Assembly: GCA_019894665.1 (NCBI GenBank)
Contig: JAGXOC010000001.1
Span: 18,013 to 82,012, forward strand
Origin: Candidatus Thorarchaeota archaeon
GTDB taxonomy: Archaea > Asgardarchaeota > Thorarchaeia > Thorarchaeales > Thorarchaeaceae
Length of the DNA: 64,000 nucleotides
Direction of reading: 5' to 3'
Position numbers and translations under genes: made by a program. A model generated the notes under the pieces. That model was not told the origin of the DNA, did not search any database, and saw only the letters and a program-made list of their open reading frames with translations. Shown here piece by piece: positions 48,093-58,550 of this stretch. Positions within the stretch are counted from its first letter, which is position 1. Each line of letters begins with the position of its first letter.

Positions 48093-49565
48093 TTGCTGGT
48101 GATTTCGATGAGTGACCGTCTCTTTGCGATATTTGACATTGGAACAACAGGAACCCGTTCCGTCATTGTAGATGAAGAAGGGCGTGAGGTTAGTAAGGCG
48201 TATGAAGAGTACCCTTCAAACCCCAAAGACATTGGAGTGCATGAACAGGTTGCAGATACTTACTGGCGTGCATCAGCCAATACAATGCAGAGAGCACTAG
48301 CAGGTTGTAAACATGGACCAGATGCTATCGTTGGTGTGGTTGTAACTACAGCTCGTGACTCGATTACACCGATAGACAAAGATGGTAGAGCTTTGGCCCC
48401 TACTGTGACTTGGATAGATGCCCGAAAAACTGCAAAGAGCAAGGAGATGGCCGAAGAAATTGGTCAACGAAATGCAGTCAGAAAGATGATGTGGTTCAGT
48501 GAGAATCGGCCCAAATTATACGAGAAGTCATACAAATGGCCACACATTGATGCGTTCATCAACAATCGTCTTTGTGGTGCAGTTGTTAGTTCTCCTGGAG
48601 AAGCTAGATACGGTCCATTTGATTTTGAAACTCTCCAGTGGTCTGAAGAGTTGTGTGAAGCGACTGGAATTCCTATTGACAAACTAGCTGAAATCAAGGA
48701 TTCTGGAACAACTATTGGTGAGATCAGTTCAGAGGCTGCCAAGGCCACATCACTACGAAAGGGGACACCTGTAATTCTAGGTAGTGGGGACCAGCAGTGT
48801 GCTGCTTTGGGTATGGGAGTAATTGAAACTGGCAAAGTCAAAGCTACTACTGGTACTGGAACCTTTGTGATTACTCATCTTGATGAATTTATGGAAGAAA
48901 CATTTGTGATGTACTGCCATCCTTCTGCAATGCCCGGGAAGTGGATTCTAGAAGGCGTGACTCCGGGAACTGGACTTACTTACAAGTGGTATAGAGACAA
49001 TTATTGCGAGCCTGAGATGGCTCTAGCAGCTCAGACCAAGAAAGACGTCTATCAAATCATCGAAGCCTCAGCAGCTTCTGTACCCCCCGGCAGTGATGGA
49101 CTTGTTATGTTCCCGTTCATGGCATACAATCTAGGAATACTATACAATCTTGGTTTTAGTCACACCAAAGCACATGTTGCTCGAGCAATCTTGGAGGCGA
49201 ACGGATACACCATCTCATTCTATCTTCAAATGATGGAAGGGATGACTGACATTGAGTTCAAGGAACTTCTCATTGCGGGAGGTGGAGCAAACTCTCCATT
49301 GTGGCGTCAGATCATGGCTGATTGTGTGAATAAAACCGTTGTACTTCCCAAAGTACGAGACTCAACAGTGATTGGTGCTGCAGTTCTTGGTACAGTTGGA
49401 ACTGGAATCTACGGTGGATTTAAGGAAGCTGTAGAAAATATGGTTCACATTGAAGAACGACGAGAGCCAATTCCTGAAAATGTGGAAGTGTACGAGAAGC
49501 AGTATAAAATCTACAACAAACTATTGAATGCTGAAACGGGAAAAATACTGGATGCAATATCCTAA
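48093..49565 (+). CDS. FGGY-family carbohydrate kinase, possibly glycerol kinase by context
   Basis: N-terminal ASKHA motif (AIFDIGTTGTRSV). FGGY C-terminal motifs (IAGGGANSPLWRQIMADC). It sits next to GlpA/B/C, but the N-terminus is not the canonical GlpK signature. Confidence 0.65.
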   Translation: MLVISMSDRLFAIFDIGTTGTRSVIVDEEGREVSKAYEEYPSNPKDIGVHEQVADTYWRASANTMQRALAGCKHGPDAIVGVVVTTARDSITPIDKDGRALAPTVTWIDARKTAKSKEMAEEIGQRNAVRKMMWFSENRPKLYEKSYKWPHIDAFINNRLCGAVVSSPGEARYGPFDFETLQWSEELCEATGIPIDKLAEIKDSGTTIGEISSEAAKATSLRKGTPVILGSGDQQCAALGMGVIETGKVKATTGTGTFVITHLDEFMEETFVMYCHPSAMPGKWILEGVTPGTGLTYKWYRDNYCEPEMALAAQTKKDVYQIIEASAASVPPGSDGLVMFPFMAYNLGILYNLGFSHTKAHVARAILEANGYTISFYLQMMEGMTDIEFKELLIAGGGANSPLWRQIMADCVNKTVVLPKVRDSTVIGAAVLGTVGTGIYGGFKEAVENMVHIEERREPIPENVEVYEKQYKIYNKLLNAETGKILDAIS

Positions 49566-49566
49566 A

Positions 49567-49818
49567 CTATTCGTCGTCTTCCTTTTGGTTGTCTTCCCAG
49601 ATTCGACCAAAGAATACGAATGCCAGAACTAGTTCGGATCCGCTAGCATTCTGTGCAATATGCTCAATTGACTCACTGATTGTGTCCTCATGTTCCCATG
49701 CCTGTCGAGCAAGGTTTACAATGTCTTCAAAGCGGTGGTCAGGTATATCGAGAGCCTGTGTGAGTTTTTTCACGTCATGGCTGCCAACAACAAGTGTGCC
49801 GAGGTCATAGGTAGGCAT
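49567..49818 (-). CDS. hypothetical small protein
   Basis: 83-codon ORF convergent with the FGGY kinase gene and divergent from glpA. No motif. Confidence 0.3.
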   Translation of the reverse strand: MPTYDLGTLVVGSHDVKKLTQALDIPDHRFEDIVNLARQAWEHEDTISESIEHIAQNASGSELVLAFVFFGRIWEDNQKEDDE

Positions 49819-49963
49819 TGGTCATTCACTAAATCAACCCGCGAATATCTCCTTTTAATGTAATCTTGACTATCATTTACTTTCTTATCCAATCCGAAAC
49901 CTTAGTATTGCACGCACGTTCACTACACATATCCAAACCCCCGAAGCAGTATCTCAGGAAAAG

Positions 49964-51616
49964 ATGTGCATGAGTGACTCTGAGTTTGATGTTGTCGTAA
50001 TAGGTGGAGGAAGCACAGGCACTGCTGTGGCTCGGGACTGTGCAATGAGGGGTTTCAGAACTCTTCTATTAGAGCGTGATGACATTGCATCCGCTACTGT
50101 TGGAACCTGTGCAGGAATGATTTCCTCAGGTCTCAAGTACAGAAGTGAACCTGATATAATGAAAATGTGCTCAACAGAGGTTGTACATCTAAATCGAATC
50201 GCACGTCATATAATCATGAAGAATCCAATACTCACTCCATTCCGGGACCTGAGTGATGTTGGAAGTGACATGGAGTACGTTGAGTCGTATTCTGAGCATG
50301 CAGAGGAACGAGATGTTCCTGAAATGATGTTTCTCACGCCAGAAGCAACAATAGCGATAGAACCCCTTCTACATCCTGATGTCGTCTTTAGTGTCTATTA
50401 TGAGGAATTCTTCATTGACCCCTTTCGTCTATGTCTACTTCAGGCTCTTGATGCAAAAAGACATGGGGCTGAAATCAAGACATATTGTGAAGTAATTGGT
50501 TTTGAAACTGTCAATGACGTTATACAGGGAGTCGTGTTCTATAATCGCATCACGGGCACAACAGAGAAAATCGGTGCGAAGATTGTTGTGAATGCAGCTG
50601 GACCATGGGCTCCCAAAATTGCTGGGTTTAGTGGTGCAGAACTTGAGCTTCGACTCAATAAGGGTGCCCATATAATCTTAGATCGACGGGTTGTGAATGT
50701 AGGAATCTCCGTAAAGGCACTCGATGGACGTTACATCTATCTGTTTCCTCATGAAAATACAACACTCCTGGGTACAACTGCATTGGATACATGGGAAGAT
50801 CCTGATTCACTAGTTGCTTCATTTGATGAGATTGAATACCTAATGAGAAGCATTGAGACATATATACCGTCGATACGTGATGCTCGGATCATCAGGACGA
50901 TGGCTGGAGTACGTCCTCTTGTGGCTGATTGGAAGGTCCCTGAAGGCAAGGTGACTCGTGGATATCAGGTAATAGATCACGAAAATGGTCTGATTAGCTT
51001 CACTGGTGGAAAACTAGTGATGTGCAGACATATGGCTGAAGCAGTCACTGATATTGTTTCTAAGAAACTAGGAAATGATTCTGCATGCACAACGCATGAG
51101 AAACCTCTACCTGGCAATGAGGCTGACGTGGATGTCGAAGCACTGTCTGCAGAATATGGAGTTAGTATGCACGCTCTAGAGCGGATGCGTGCTCGTCGTG
51201 GCACAGAGATGACCAAAATCCTTGAACTGACAAAAGACCATCCAGAATGGAAGACAACAATCTGCACATGCGAACCTATTATTGAAGCTGAGATTCGATA
51301 TGCGATAAGAGAGGAGTTCCCACAAACACTGAATGACCTGCGCCGAAGACTCCGACTTGGTACTGGCCCGTGTCAGGGAACCTTCTGCACTTACAAAGCT
51401 GCTTCAATCCTCTCTGAGGAGCTCGACCTACAAGGTGATGACTTTCTAGTTGACATTCTTGATTTCAGGGCCGAGAGATGGAAAGGCATCCGTCCCTCGA
51501 TGAGAGGTGAACAACTAGCCCAAGAGGAATTAGCTCAGGGTATGTATTCCTGTGTGGGGAACCTTGATCAGTCAGATGTCGATTATGATCTAAAGCCATG
51601 GGAGGAGGGTGTCTAG
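49964..51616 (+). CDS. glpA: anaerobic glycerol-3-phosphate dehydrogenase subunit A
   Basis: FAD dinucleotide fold (FDVVVIGGGSTGTAVARDCAMRG). C-terminal BFD-like [2Fe-2S] region (CTCEPIIEAEIRYAI ... GTGPCQGTFC). Confidence 0.8.
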   Translation: MCMSDSEFDVVVIGGGSTGTAVARDCAMRGFRTLLLERDDIASATVGTCAGMISSGLKYRSEPDIMKMCSTEVVHLNRIARHIIMKNPILTPFRDLSDVGSDMEYVESYSEHAEERDVPEMMFLTPEATIAIEPLLHPDVVFSVYYEEFFIDPFRLCLLQALDAKRHGAEIKTYCEVIGFETVNDVIQGVVFYNRITGTTEKIGAKIVVNAAGPWAPKIAGFSGAELELRLNKGAHIILDRRVVNVGISVKALDGRYIYLFPHENTTLLGTTALDTWEDPDSLVASFDEIEYLMRSIETYIPSIRDARIIRTMAGVRPLVADWKVPEGKVTRGYQVIDHENGLISFTGGKLVMCRHMAEAVTDIVSKKLGNDSACTTHEKPLPGNEADVDVEALSAEYGVSMHALERMRARRGTEMTKILELTKDHPEWKTTICTCEPIIEAEIRYAIREEFPQTLNDLRRRLRLGTGPCQGTFCTYKAASILSEELDLQGDDFLVDILDFRAERWKGIRPSMRGEQLAQEELAQGMYSCVGNLDQSDVDYDLKPWEEGV

Positions 51617-52990
51617 ATGGACATGGAATGCGACCTCTTAGTGATAGGTGGTGGAATGGCTGGGCTTGTTGCAGGGACACTAGCGGCAGAAGCTGGTCTT
51701 TCAACGATTCTCCTTCGAAAGGGACAGAGTGCAACCGCATACTCCTCTGGAGCCATTGATATCATTGGATATCTTCCAGATGCTTCTGAACCCTTTTCAA
51801 CACCTGAAGAAGGACTGGCAGCTATTGCGGGTCTTTACCCACTTCATCCCTACAGCATTATCGGATATGTTGATGGGATTAAACCTGAAGATGTTGTTGA
51901 TGAGATAGTCGGGAGGACTCGAGACACTATTACTTGGCTCAAAGAAAAACTCAAGGATACCATTGCTCCACTGAGTGGTGATTTCAAGTCTAACATCTTC
52001 CCCATTACTATTCTTGGAACCACAAAACCGACATGTCTTGTTCAGAAGACAATGTATTCTGAAGACCTTCAGACACGAGAGGATAGTGTTCTTCTCTTCA
52101 CAGGATTCTCTGGAAACGCTGACTTCAATCCTTCAGTAGCGGCAAAGACCTATCTGGAAGATAGAATAGCCATTGGAGAGCCACCACGCAAAGTGGGGCA
52201 TTGCACACTTCGGGTGTCGCCATTTGGTAAGCCATACAATGTGTCCTCCGTTGAGATCGCCCGGCATCTAGACCATGAGAGATCAATTGAAGATTTAGCA
52301 ACGCAACTGAAACCGCAGGTGGAGCAATTAGGAGCCACTCATGTGGCAGTTCCCCCAGTATTAGGCATAAAGACAGCGATGGATAATAAAAAGAAACTAG
52401 AAGATCAAATTGGTGCAGAAGTTTTCGAGATGCTAGGTTTCCCTCCATCTGTTCCTGGATTAAGACTGCAACTTGCTCTTGAAGAGATGTATAGAACGAA
52501 CGGCGGCAAGATGTTAGTTGGTCATGAAGCAACTTCGTACATTAAGACAGAGGGCCGTATAACTAAAGTGAGTGCTAAAGCCCCACGTCGAGAGATGAAT
52601 ATTGAGGCGAAAGCGTTTATTCTCTCTACGGGCAAATACATTGGCGGAGGACTCAGTGGAGATGAAAATGGAATACGTGAAACTGTGTTCGGACTGATGA
52701 CTGTAACAGACGCATATCATTCCGCTGGAGAAATTATTCCATCTAGATATACAAACCGTATTGCAATCAGTCCTGAGGGTCACCCCATCAACTCATGTGG
52801 GCTCACACTGGATCCCCACTTTAGACCCATTAATGAAGACGGTGTTGAATGGGCTTCGAATTTGTATTCAGCTGGAGCTGTTCTTGCAGGATACGACTAT
52901 TCCATCGAGAAGAGTGGGTTAGGCGTTGCTGCAGTGAGTGGTTTTTCTGCAGCGAAGCATGCAATTGACTTCATTAAGGAGGTGGCCTGA
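51617..52990 (+). CDS. glpB: anaerobic glycerol-3-phosphate dehydrogenase subunit B
   Basis: FAD-binding N-terminus (CDLLVIGGGMAGLVAGTLAAEAG). Translationally coupled to glpA (start abuts its stop) and followed by an Fe-S subunit gene. Confidence 0.6.
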   Translation: MDMECDLLVIGGGMAGLVAGTLAAEAGLSTILLRKGQSATAYSSGAIDIIGYLPDASEPFSTPEEGLAAIAGLYPLHPYSIIGYVDGIKPEDVVDEIVGRTRDTITWLKEKLKDTIAPLSGDFKSNIFPITILGTTKPTCLVQKTMYSEDLQTREDSVLLFTGFSGNADFNPSVAAKTYLEDRIAIGEPPRKVGHCTLRVSPFGKPYNVSSVEIARHLDHERSIEDLATQLKPQVEQLGATHVAVPPVLGIKTAMDNKKKLEDQIGAEVFEMLGFPPSVPGLRLQLALEEMYRTNGGKMLVGHEATSYIKTEGRITKVSAKAPRREMNIEAKAFILSTGKYIGGGLSGDENGIRETVFGLMTVTDAYHSAGEIIPSRYTNRIAISPEGHPINSCGLTLDPHFRPINEDGVEWASNLYSAGAVLAGYDYSIEKSGLGVAAVSGFSAAKHAIDFIKEVA

Positions 52991-52991
52991 A

Positions 52992-54230
52992 GTGAATGAA
53001 GACGAGGCTTTTGAGTACGTCAAGAACACACTCAGGAAAGAGAAGATAACTCCTTATCACTCTCATGAACTCGAAGTTGTGAAGTCTGTTGAACGTTGCA
53101 TCAATTGTGGCCTCTGTATCAGTCATTGTCCTGTTGTTGCTGCTGTGGGTGTTGACCGGTTCAGTGGTCCTCGAAGTATAGCTGTGGAATTGAGTCGTTC
53201 CCCCCCTGAGTTCTGGTCGACTGCAGATGTTGTGTATCTGTGCACTGGATGTGGAACTTGTCGTGAAGTTTGCCCAAAGAATGTCGATATCCCTGAGGTG
53301 GTCAATCTCATCCGTGCAAGAATTTTCGAACATCGTCCCGACTTGGTTCCCAAGAGCCTTCATGTGTTGCGAGAAGTTCTTACAGAGTACTATTTGGCAT
53401 TTGAGCCCTGGGAGGACAAAGAGGAGAAAAATGAAAGTAGAGATATGCGACTTGAACGACTAGGACTTCCATTTGTACAAGACAAGATCCTTGACAAAGC
53501 TGAGGTTCTCCTCTATCCGGGTTGCCAAGCTGAAGAACGAGCTCAAGAGGTCCGCGAAGCCGCGAAAGTGATTCTGGACCATTTTGATGTGGACTACACA
53601 TTGCTTGACGATATGTCCTGCTGTGGGCTACCTTCTCGACTAATGGGTGACCATGAAACTGAACGGGTTTTAGCCAAGCAGCTCAAAGAGAAAGTCAAAA
53701 AGCTTGGAATTAAGACCGTAGTCACAACCTGTGCAGGATGCACATCGAGCCTTTCCGACATCTCATATCGTAATGAATGGGGAGTCCCAGCTGTCCATAT
53801 TCTTGAGTTTCTGGCAGAGGAAATAGGTCTGGAGAAAATAGACTCAGCCACAAAAGGCTCTACGGAATTCTCGGATGTCCATGTCACAGTTCACGATCCT
53901 TGCCATCTGATCAGACACACATCTCGTCAGATAACGGATTTTGCACTTGACATCTTACGTCAACTGCCTGGTGTGAAAGTTACTGAATCCGAAGCCAATG
54001 ACTCCTGCTGTGGTGGAGGAGGTCTAGTATCATACCACTCCGATGATGTTGCTAAAGCGGTGGTCAAGGAGAATATGGAGGCTATTCAGAAAACTAGCGC
54101 GGATAGACTTGTAACTCCCTGTCCCCTGTGCACAGCACAAATTGAGAGCAATCTCTTCAAGACTGGAAGTTCTGTTGAGGTAGATGACCTGACAGTATTC
54201 ATTGCTCAAAGACTTCCTAAGAAGAGGTGA
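52992..54230 (+). CDS. glpC: anaerobic glycerol-3-phosphate dehydrogenase subunit C (Fe-S, CCG domains)
   Basis: Two ferredoxin motifs (CINCGLCISHCP; CTGCGTCREVCP) and two CCG cysteine-rich domains (DMSCCGLPS; DSCCGGGG). Start placed at the in-frame GTG at 52992 after a GGAGGTGG RBS. Confidence 0.65.
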   Translation: MNEDEAFEYVKNTLRKEKITPYHSHELEVVKSVERCINCGLCISHCPVVAAVGVDRFSGPRSIAVELSRSPPEFWSTADVVYLCTGCGTCREVCPKNVDIPEVVNLIRARIFEHRPDLVPKSLHVLREVLTEYYLAFEPWEDKEEKNESRDMRLERLGLPFVQDKILDKAEVLLYPGCQAEERAQEVREAAKVILDHFDVDYTLLDDMSCCGLPSRLMGDHETERVLAKQLKEKVKKLGIKTVVTTCAGCTSSLSDISYRNEWGVPAVHILEFLAEEIGLEKIDSATKGSTEFSDVHVTVHDPCHLIRHTSRQITDFALDILRQLPGVKVTESEANDSCCGGGGLVSYHSDDVAKAVVKENMEAIQKTSADRLVTPCPLCTAQIESNLFKTGSSVEVDDLTVFIAQRLPKKR

Positions 54231-54237
54231 ATGCCAA

Positions 54238-55665
54238 GTGCTTGATGAAAAGACAAAGAAGAAAGCCTTTGAGCGAATAGCAGCAATCGTTGGGGCCGAT
54301 CATATTACTAGACATAAGACTGACCAAATTCTAAACGCTCATGACGCTTGGCCTCTGAGTGAGGCAAAACTTCGAGCTGGGGAGATGCTACCTCTTGCAG
54401 ACCTGATAGTCTTCCCTGGAACTGCTGATGAGGTCTCCCACGTTCTCATTGTTGCAAATGAATTGAAAATTCCCGTAACCCCTGTTGGTGGCGGTGCTGG
54501 GACTTGCGGTGGGACACTACCAATCTATGGTGGAATTCAGCTAGATCTGAAACGTCTGGACAAAATTACAGAAATTGATCATACATCTATGGTAGTAAGA
54601 GTCCAAGCAGGAGTTGTTGGAATTGATCTTGAGGAAGAGGTCAATCGTTATGGATACACCACTGGTCATACTCCAACTTCACTTCGCGCCTCTAACATTG
54701 GAGGATTTATTGCGACAAGATCAGGGGGCTCAATGTCTTCTCTCTACGGTAAGATTGAGGACCTAACATTAGGTCTCCAAGTCGTACTTCCAACTGGGTC
54801 TATCATTGAATCAAAGGCAGTTCCACGACATTCTGTTGGTCCAGACCTTCGTCAGCTTTTCATTGGTTCAGAAGGAACCCTTGGAATCATTACAGAAGCA
54901 ACATTGAGATTATTTCCAATCCCCGAAGAACGCAGGTTTAGAAGCATCAGTTTTCCTGATGTGCACAGTGGACTTGAGGCGATTAGAAAGATCTTCCGAG
55001 TTGGTATTCTTCCATCTGTTGTTCGTCTTTACGATCCTGAAGATGCAGCTCTGAGTTTCTCTATGCACTTTGAGTTTGAAGAAGGCCACTGCATGCTTCT
55101 TCTGGCCTTCGATGGAGACCTGAAGAAAGTCGATATTGATGAGAAAAAGTCAGTTCAAATCTGTCTAGAGGAGGGAGGTTCTGACCATGGAGAAGGGCCA
55201 TCCAAACGTTGGTGGGAACATCGGTATGACATGTACTATCCCTCTCGTCTAACCACTGGTGGGTATGCTATAGGCGACACTATTGACATTGTCGCCACGT
55301 ATGACAAGCTGGAGAACGTGTACCATGCGATGAAAGAAGTCATGGAAGAAGAAGATGCCATAGTTATGTCTCATTTCTCCCACATGTATCCAAATGGTGG
55401 TAGCATATACATGATTTTCTTCACATCACAACCAGATGCAGAAACTGCTTGGGCAACTTACAAGAGAATCTGGGATGCTGGAGTCGCTGCATGTCATCGC
55501 GAGGGTGGTACGATGAGCCACCAGCATGGTGTTGGGCTTTCTCGTAGCACTTACATAGAAGATGAGCTCGGGTCGAGCTTTAATGTTCTGAAGACGATCA
55601 AAGATGCCTTAGATCCCAATGGAATAATGAATCCTGGTAAGCTTGGATTGGGGGTGCGTGAGTGA
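54238..55665 (+). CDS. FAD-linked oxidase, GlcD / D-lactate dehydrogenase family
   Basis: PCMH-type FAD-binding domain (VFPGTADEVSHVLIVANELKIPVTPVGGGAGTCGG). C-terminal FAD-oxidase region (HGVGLSRS). Start placed at the GTG at 54238. Confidence 0.7.
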   Translation: MLDEKTKKKAFERIAAIVGADHITRHKTDQILNAHDAWPLSEAKLRAGEMLPLADLIVFPGTADEVSHVLIVANELKIPVTPVGGGAGTCGGTLPIYGGIQLDLKRLDKITEIDHTSMVVRVQAGVVGIDLEEEVNRYGYTTGHTPTSLRASNIGGFIATRSGGSMSSLYGKIEDLTLGLQVVLPTGSIIESKAVPRHSVGPDLRQLFIGSEGTLGIITEATLRLFPIPEERRFRSISFPDVHSGLEAIRKIFRVGILPSVVRLYDPEDAALSFSMHFEFEEGHCMLLLAFDGDLKKVDIDEKKSVQICLEEGGSDHGEGPSKRWWEHRYDMYYPSRLTTGGYAIGDTIDIVATYDKLENVYHAMKEVMEEEDAIVMSHFSHMYPNGGSIYMIFFTSQPDAETAWATYKRIWDAGVAACHREGGTMSHQHGVGLSRSTYIEDELGSSFNVLKTIKDALDPNGIMNPGKLGLGVRE

Positions 55666-56786
55666 TGGAACCGGATACGATTGCTGAACAAGTGCGGATG
55701 TGTGGAGCTTGTCCAAAGATGTGCCGGCATGTGTGTCCAACATTTTTTGCGTGGAGGTCAGAAGCACCTACACCTCATGGACGTGCACTCTTAATGCACC
55801 AGGAGATAACTGGTACTCGTGAGATCGATGAACGCGGTGTGGAAGTACTATACCAGTGTCTTGAATGCAGTCATTGCCTCACTTGGTGTAAACCAGAGAT
55901 AGACATTGCCACACTTGTAGAGATCAAACGACGTGATTTAGTGAAGTCTGGTCAACAGCCAGAGGCCATATCGCGGCTCACAGGTCTTGTTAAAAAAAAC
56001 CACAATCCATTTGGAGAAGAACACTCCAAACGGAGTGATTGGATTAAGACTAGCAACTCAAAGGGTTCAAGAGTTCTGTATTTCACAGGCTGTACAGCGG
56101 CATATCGAGAGACTGGTAGTGCTCAGGATACAGTGTCCCTTCTTGAACACCTGGGCTATTCAGTTGAAATTGCACCTGATGAGTGGTGCTGTGGCAGTCC
56201 CTTAATCAGAACAGGAGATGTTGATTCTGGGTTCGAGCTGGCAAAACACAACGCAGAAGTTTTGAACCGAACTGATGTTGAAGCAATCTTGGTCACATGC
56301 CCTGGTTGTTATCGTACCCTCACATCCGATTATTCTGAATATGGACATGAACTCAATAAACCAGTACAGCATATCAGTGAGTTCTTGAGAATATCGTTAG
56401 ACAAGCTCCCAAAGGGCAAATTCGATGGGCCGATTACATTTCATGACCCTTGCCATCTCGGGAGGCATTCCGGTATCTATGATGCACCACGTGAAGTAAT
56501 TGCAGCTGTTTCTGGTTCTAGTGTGGTGGAGATGGAGCGGAATAAAGAGAATGCAATGTGCTGTGGAAACGGTGCGGGACTTAGAACGATGTTTCCAGAT
56601 CATGCAAAGAAGATAGGCGATGAACGAATTCGTCATGCCAAGAATGTTGACGCACAGTATTTGGTGACTTCATGCCCATTCTGTAAAAACATGCTGGCCT
56701 CCCAATCGGAGAATGAAATCACTGTGTTAGACCTTCCTGAATTTGTTATGATGGCTGAAAAGGTTCATTATGACAAGACAGATTAA
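55662..56786 (+). CDS. Fe-S oxidoreductase with CCG domains, GlcF / LldF-like partner subunit
   Basis: CGACPKMCRHVCP and CLECSHCLTWCKP cluster motifs. CCG domains (EWCCGSP; AMCCGNGAG). Confidence 0.55.
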   Translation: MMEPDTIAEQVRMCGACPKMCRHVCPTFFAWRSEAPTPHGRALLMHQEITGTREIDERGVEVLYQCLECSHCLTWCKPEIDIATLVEIKRRDLVKSGQQPEAISRLTGLVKKNHNPFGEEHSKRSDWIKTSNSKGSRVLYFTGCTAAYRETGSAQDTVSLLEHLGYSVEIAPDEWCCGSPLIRTGDVDSGFELAKHNAEVLNRTDVEAILVTCPGCYRTLTSDYSEYGHELNKPVQHISEFLRISLDKLPKGKFDGPITFHDPCHLGRHSGIYDAPREVIAAVSGSSVVEMERNKENAMCCGNGAGLRTMFPDHAKKIGDERIRHAKNVDAQYLVTSCPFCKNMLASQSENEITVLDLPEFVMMAEKVHYDKTD

Positions 56787-56815
56787 GAGTCAGTTGAAGC
56801 AAGCGAAGACTTAGA

Positions 56816-57931
56816 ATGGATGCTGAAGAAATACTCCGTCTCAAAGTACGGCTCCTCACTGAGGGTGCCAACCTGCCCGAGAACCAGTTTCAAGGAAGAA
56901 AAGGAGGTGCAGGACCTGTTGGAGGAATGTACTTCTATCTGCCAAATGGGCGTACATGCGGAATTCCGATTAGAAATGGGGATTTAGCTAAGAGGTATAA
57001 CTCTGCACCACTTGAACAGACAGATAACCCAGACATTTGGATCTATGATGGTTCTGTTAATCTGAAGATCATTCCGAAACCCAAGTTCTATGACCTTACG
57101 ACTAGTGATGGTATTCCTTATTCTAAGATTGCTGTTCTGCATGGTTCACGTACTCTGGCCACCACAGTTTACCAGGGATGTAAGTATTGGACAAAAGGCA
57201 CACACTGCAAATTCTGCACAATTCCAAATTCGTACACATCTGGTAATACTGTGCTTGAGAAAACTCCTGAACAGATTGTTGAAGTCGTATTGGCTGCTGA
57301 GCGTGAAGGTGCAATCGATGACGTTCTAATGACCACCGGCACAACGGAATCACCTGATATGGGATGTGCCATTCTGATTCGAATTATAGAGGCTATACGT
57401 GAATCCAGCAGTATACCAATTGGGGTCCAGTTTGAACCCCCAGTTGACATCAGCTTTATTCGTGATGTGGCGAATGCAGGAGCCAATGCTGTTGGGATGC
57501 ACATCGAGAGCGCCGACGAATCTGTTCGAGAAGCGATGAGTCCCGGAAAACATCAGTATGGTTCAATTGATTTCTATCAGGAACGCTTGAAACATGCTCT
57601 TGATTATTTCGAGCGGGGTAACGTAAGCACATACGTCCTGCATGGATTAGGAGAAGATAGTGAACGAACGCTGACACTGGTAGAGGAGCTAGCATCCATT
57701 GGAGTGTTACCGATTGTATCTCCAGTTAGGCCTTCAGCAGGTAGTCAGCTGGCGGACTATGTTCCAACCTATGTTGATAATCTGGACTCTTCCGTTGAGT
57801 TTTACAAAAGAGTCGGGTCAATTCTATACGAAAATAAGATCAACCCCGAGAAGACCGTGGCTGGCTGCCACAAATGTGGAGGCTGTTCTCCAGAACAAGA
57901 AGCCTACGATTGGGCAGCGACCGTTCACTAA
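56816..57931 (+). CDS. Cys-rich putative Fe-S enzyme, possibly radical-SAM-like with a non-canonical Cx8CxxC motif
   Basis: GCKYWTKGTHCKFC, then about 40 aa later LMTTGTTE (a possible GGE-like SAM motif). C-terminal CHKCGGCSPEQ. No family recognised. Confidence 0.3.
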   Translation: MDAEEILRLKVRLLTEGANLPENQFQGRKGGAGPVGGMYFYLPNGRTCGIPIRNGDLAKRYNSAPLEQTDNPDIWIYDGSVNLKIIPKPKFYDLTTSDGIPYSKIAVLHGSRTLATTVYQGCKYWTKGTHCKFCTIPNSYTSGNTVLEKTPEQIVEVVLAAEREGAIDDVLMTTGTTESPDMGCAILIRIIEAIRESSSIPIGVQFEPPVDISFIRDVANAGANAVGMHIESADESVREAMSPGKHQYGSIDFYQERLKHALDYFERGNVSTYVLHGLGEDSERTLTLVEELASIGVLPIVSPVRPSAGSQLADYVPTYVDNLDSSVEFYKRVGSILYENKINPEKTVAGCHKCGGCSPEQEAYDWAATVH

Positions 57932-57978
57932 ATAAGTTAAAACCTTGAGGTAGTTGCATAGATACAGCTATGAGCTGA

Positions 57979-58473
57979 GTGAGTCATATGGAAGACATTC
58001 CTGCAGAAGATATTTCCATTATCGAATTTGGCGAAGAAGACGCAAATGAGATTTCTGAGCTCTTTAAACTAGCATGGCCACTAGCTAAAGAGTATCCTAC
58101 CCATTGGCGACAGAAGAGGATGTATACACCTGAGCAAGTTGTGGCAGACATGAGGAATGGCTTCCACTACTTTGGGAGTCGTTTCCAAGGTGAAATAGTA
58201 GGGCTGTATAAGGCTAAGATAACCGAAAACGGGTTGTTTGGAGAACATCAGACTGTACGTCCAGAATGTAGAGCCACAGGTCTCGCGTCTGCTATGTACC
58301 TTCAATTCGCAGAATATGGAAGAGCGCATGGGTGTAAGCGGAACTATTGCAATATCCTTGTCGGACAAGAAATTGGTGAGAGACTCATGAAGAAGTATGG
58401 TTTTCGTCCCTGGGAGGAACCTTACTATCAAGCTGAAGATTTGCTAGTTCAGATGTATGAGCGTCTCTTATGA
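57979..58473 (+). CDS. GNAT-fold acetyltransferase-like protein
   Basis: VRPECRATGLASAMYLQFAEYGRAHGC resembles GNAT motif A. Size 164 aa. Confidence 0.45.
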   Translation: MSHMEDIPAEDISIIEFGEEDANEISELFKLAWPLAKEYPTHWRQKRMYTPEQVVADMRNGFHYFGSRFQGEIVGLYKAKITENGLFGEHQTVRPECRATGLASAMYLQFAEYGRAHGCKRNYCNILVGQEIGERLMKKYGFRPWEEPYYQAEDLLVQMYERLL

Positions 58474-58550
58474 ATTTCGAATTTGTTAGATTCTTCTCCT
58501 ATGCCGGAAGATGCATATATTTCAGATAAGTAAGGACTTCATAGAAGTAT

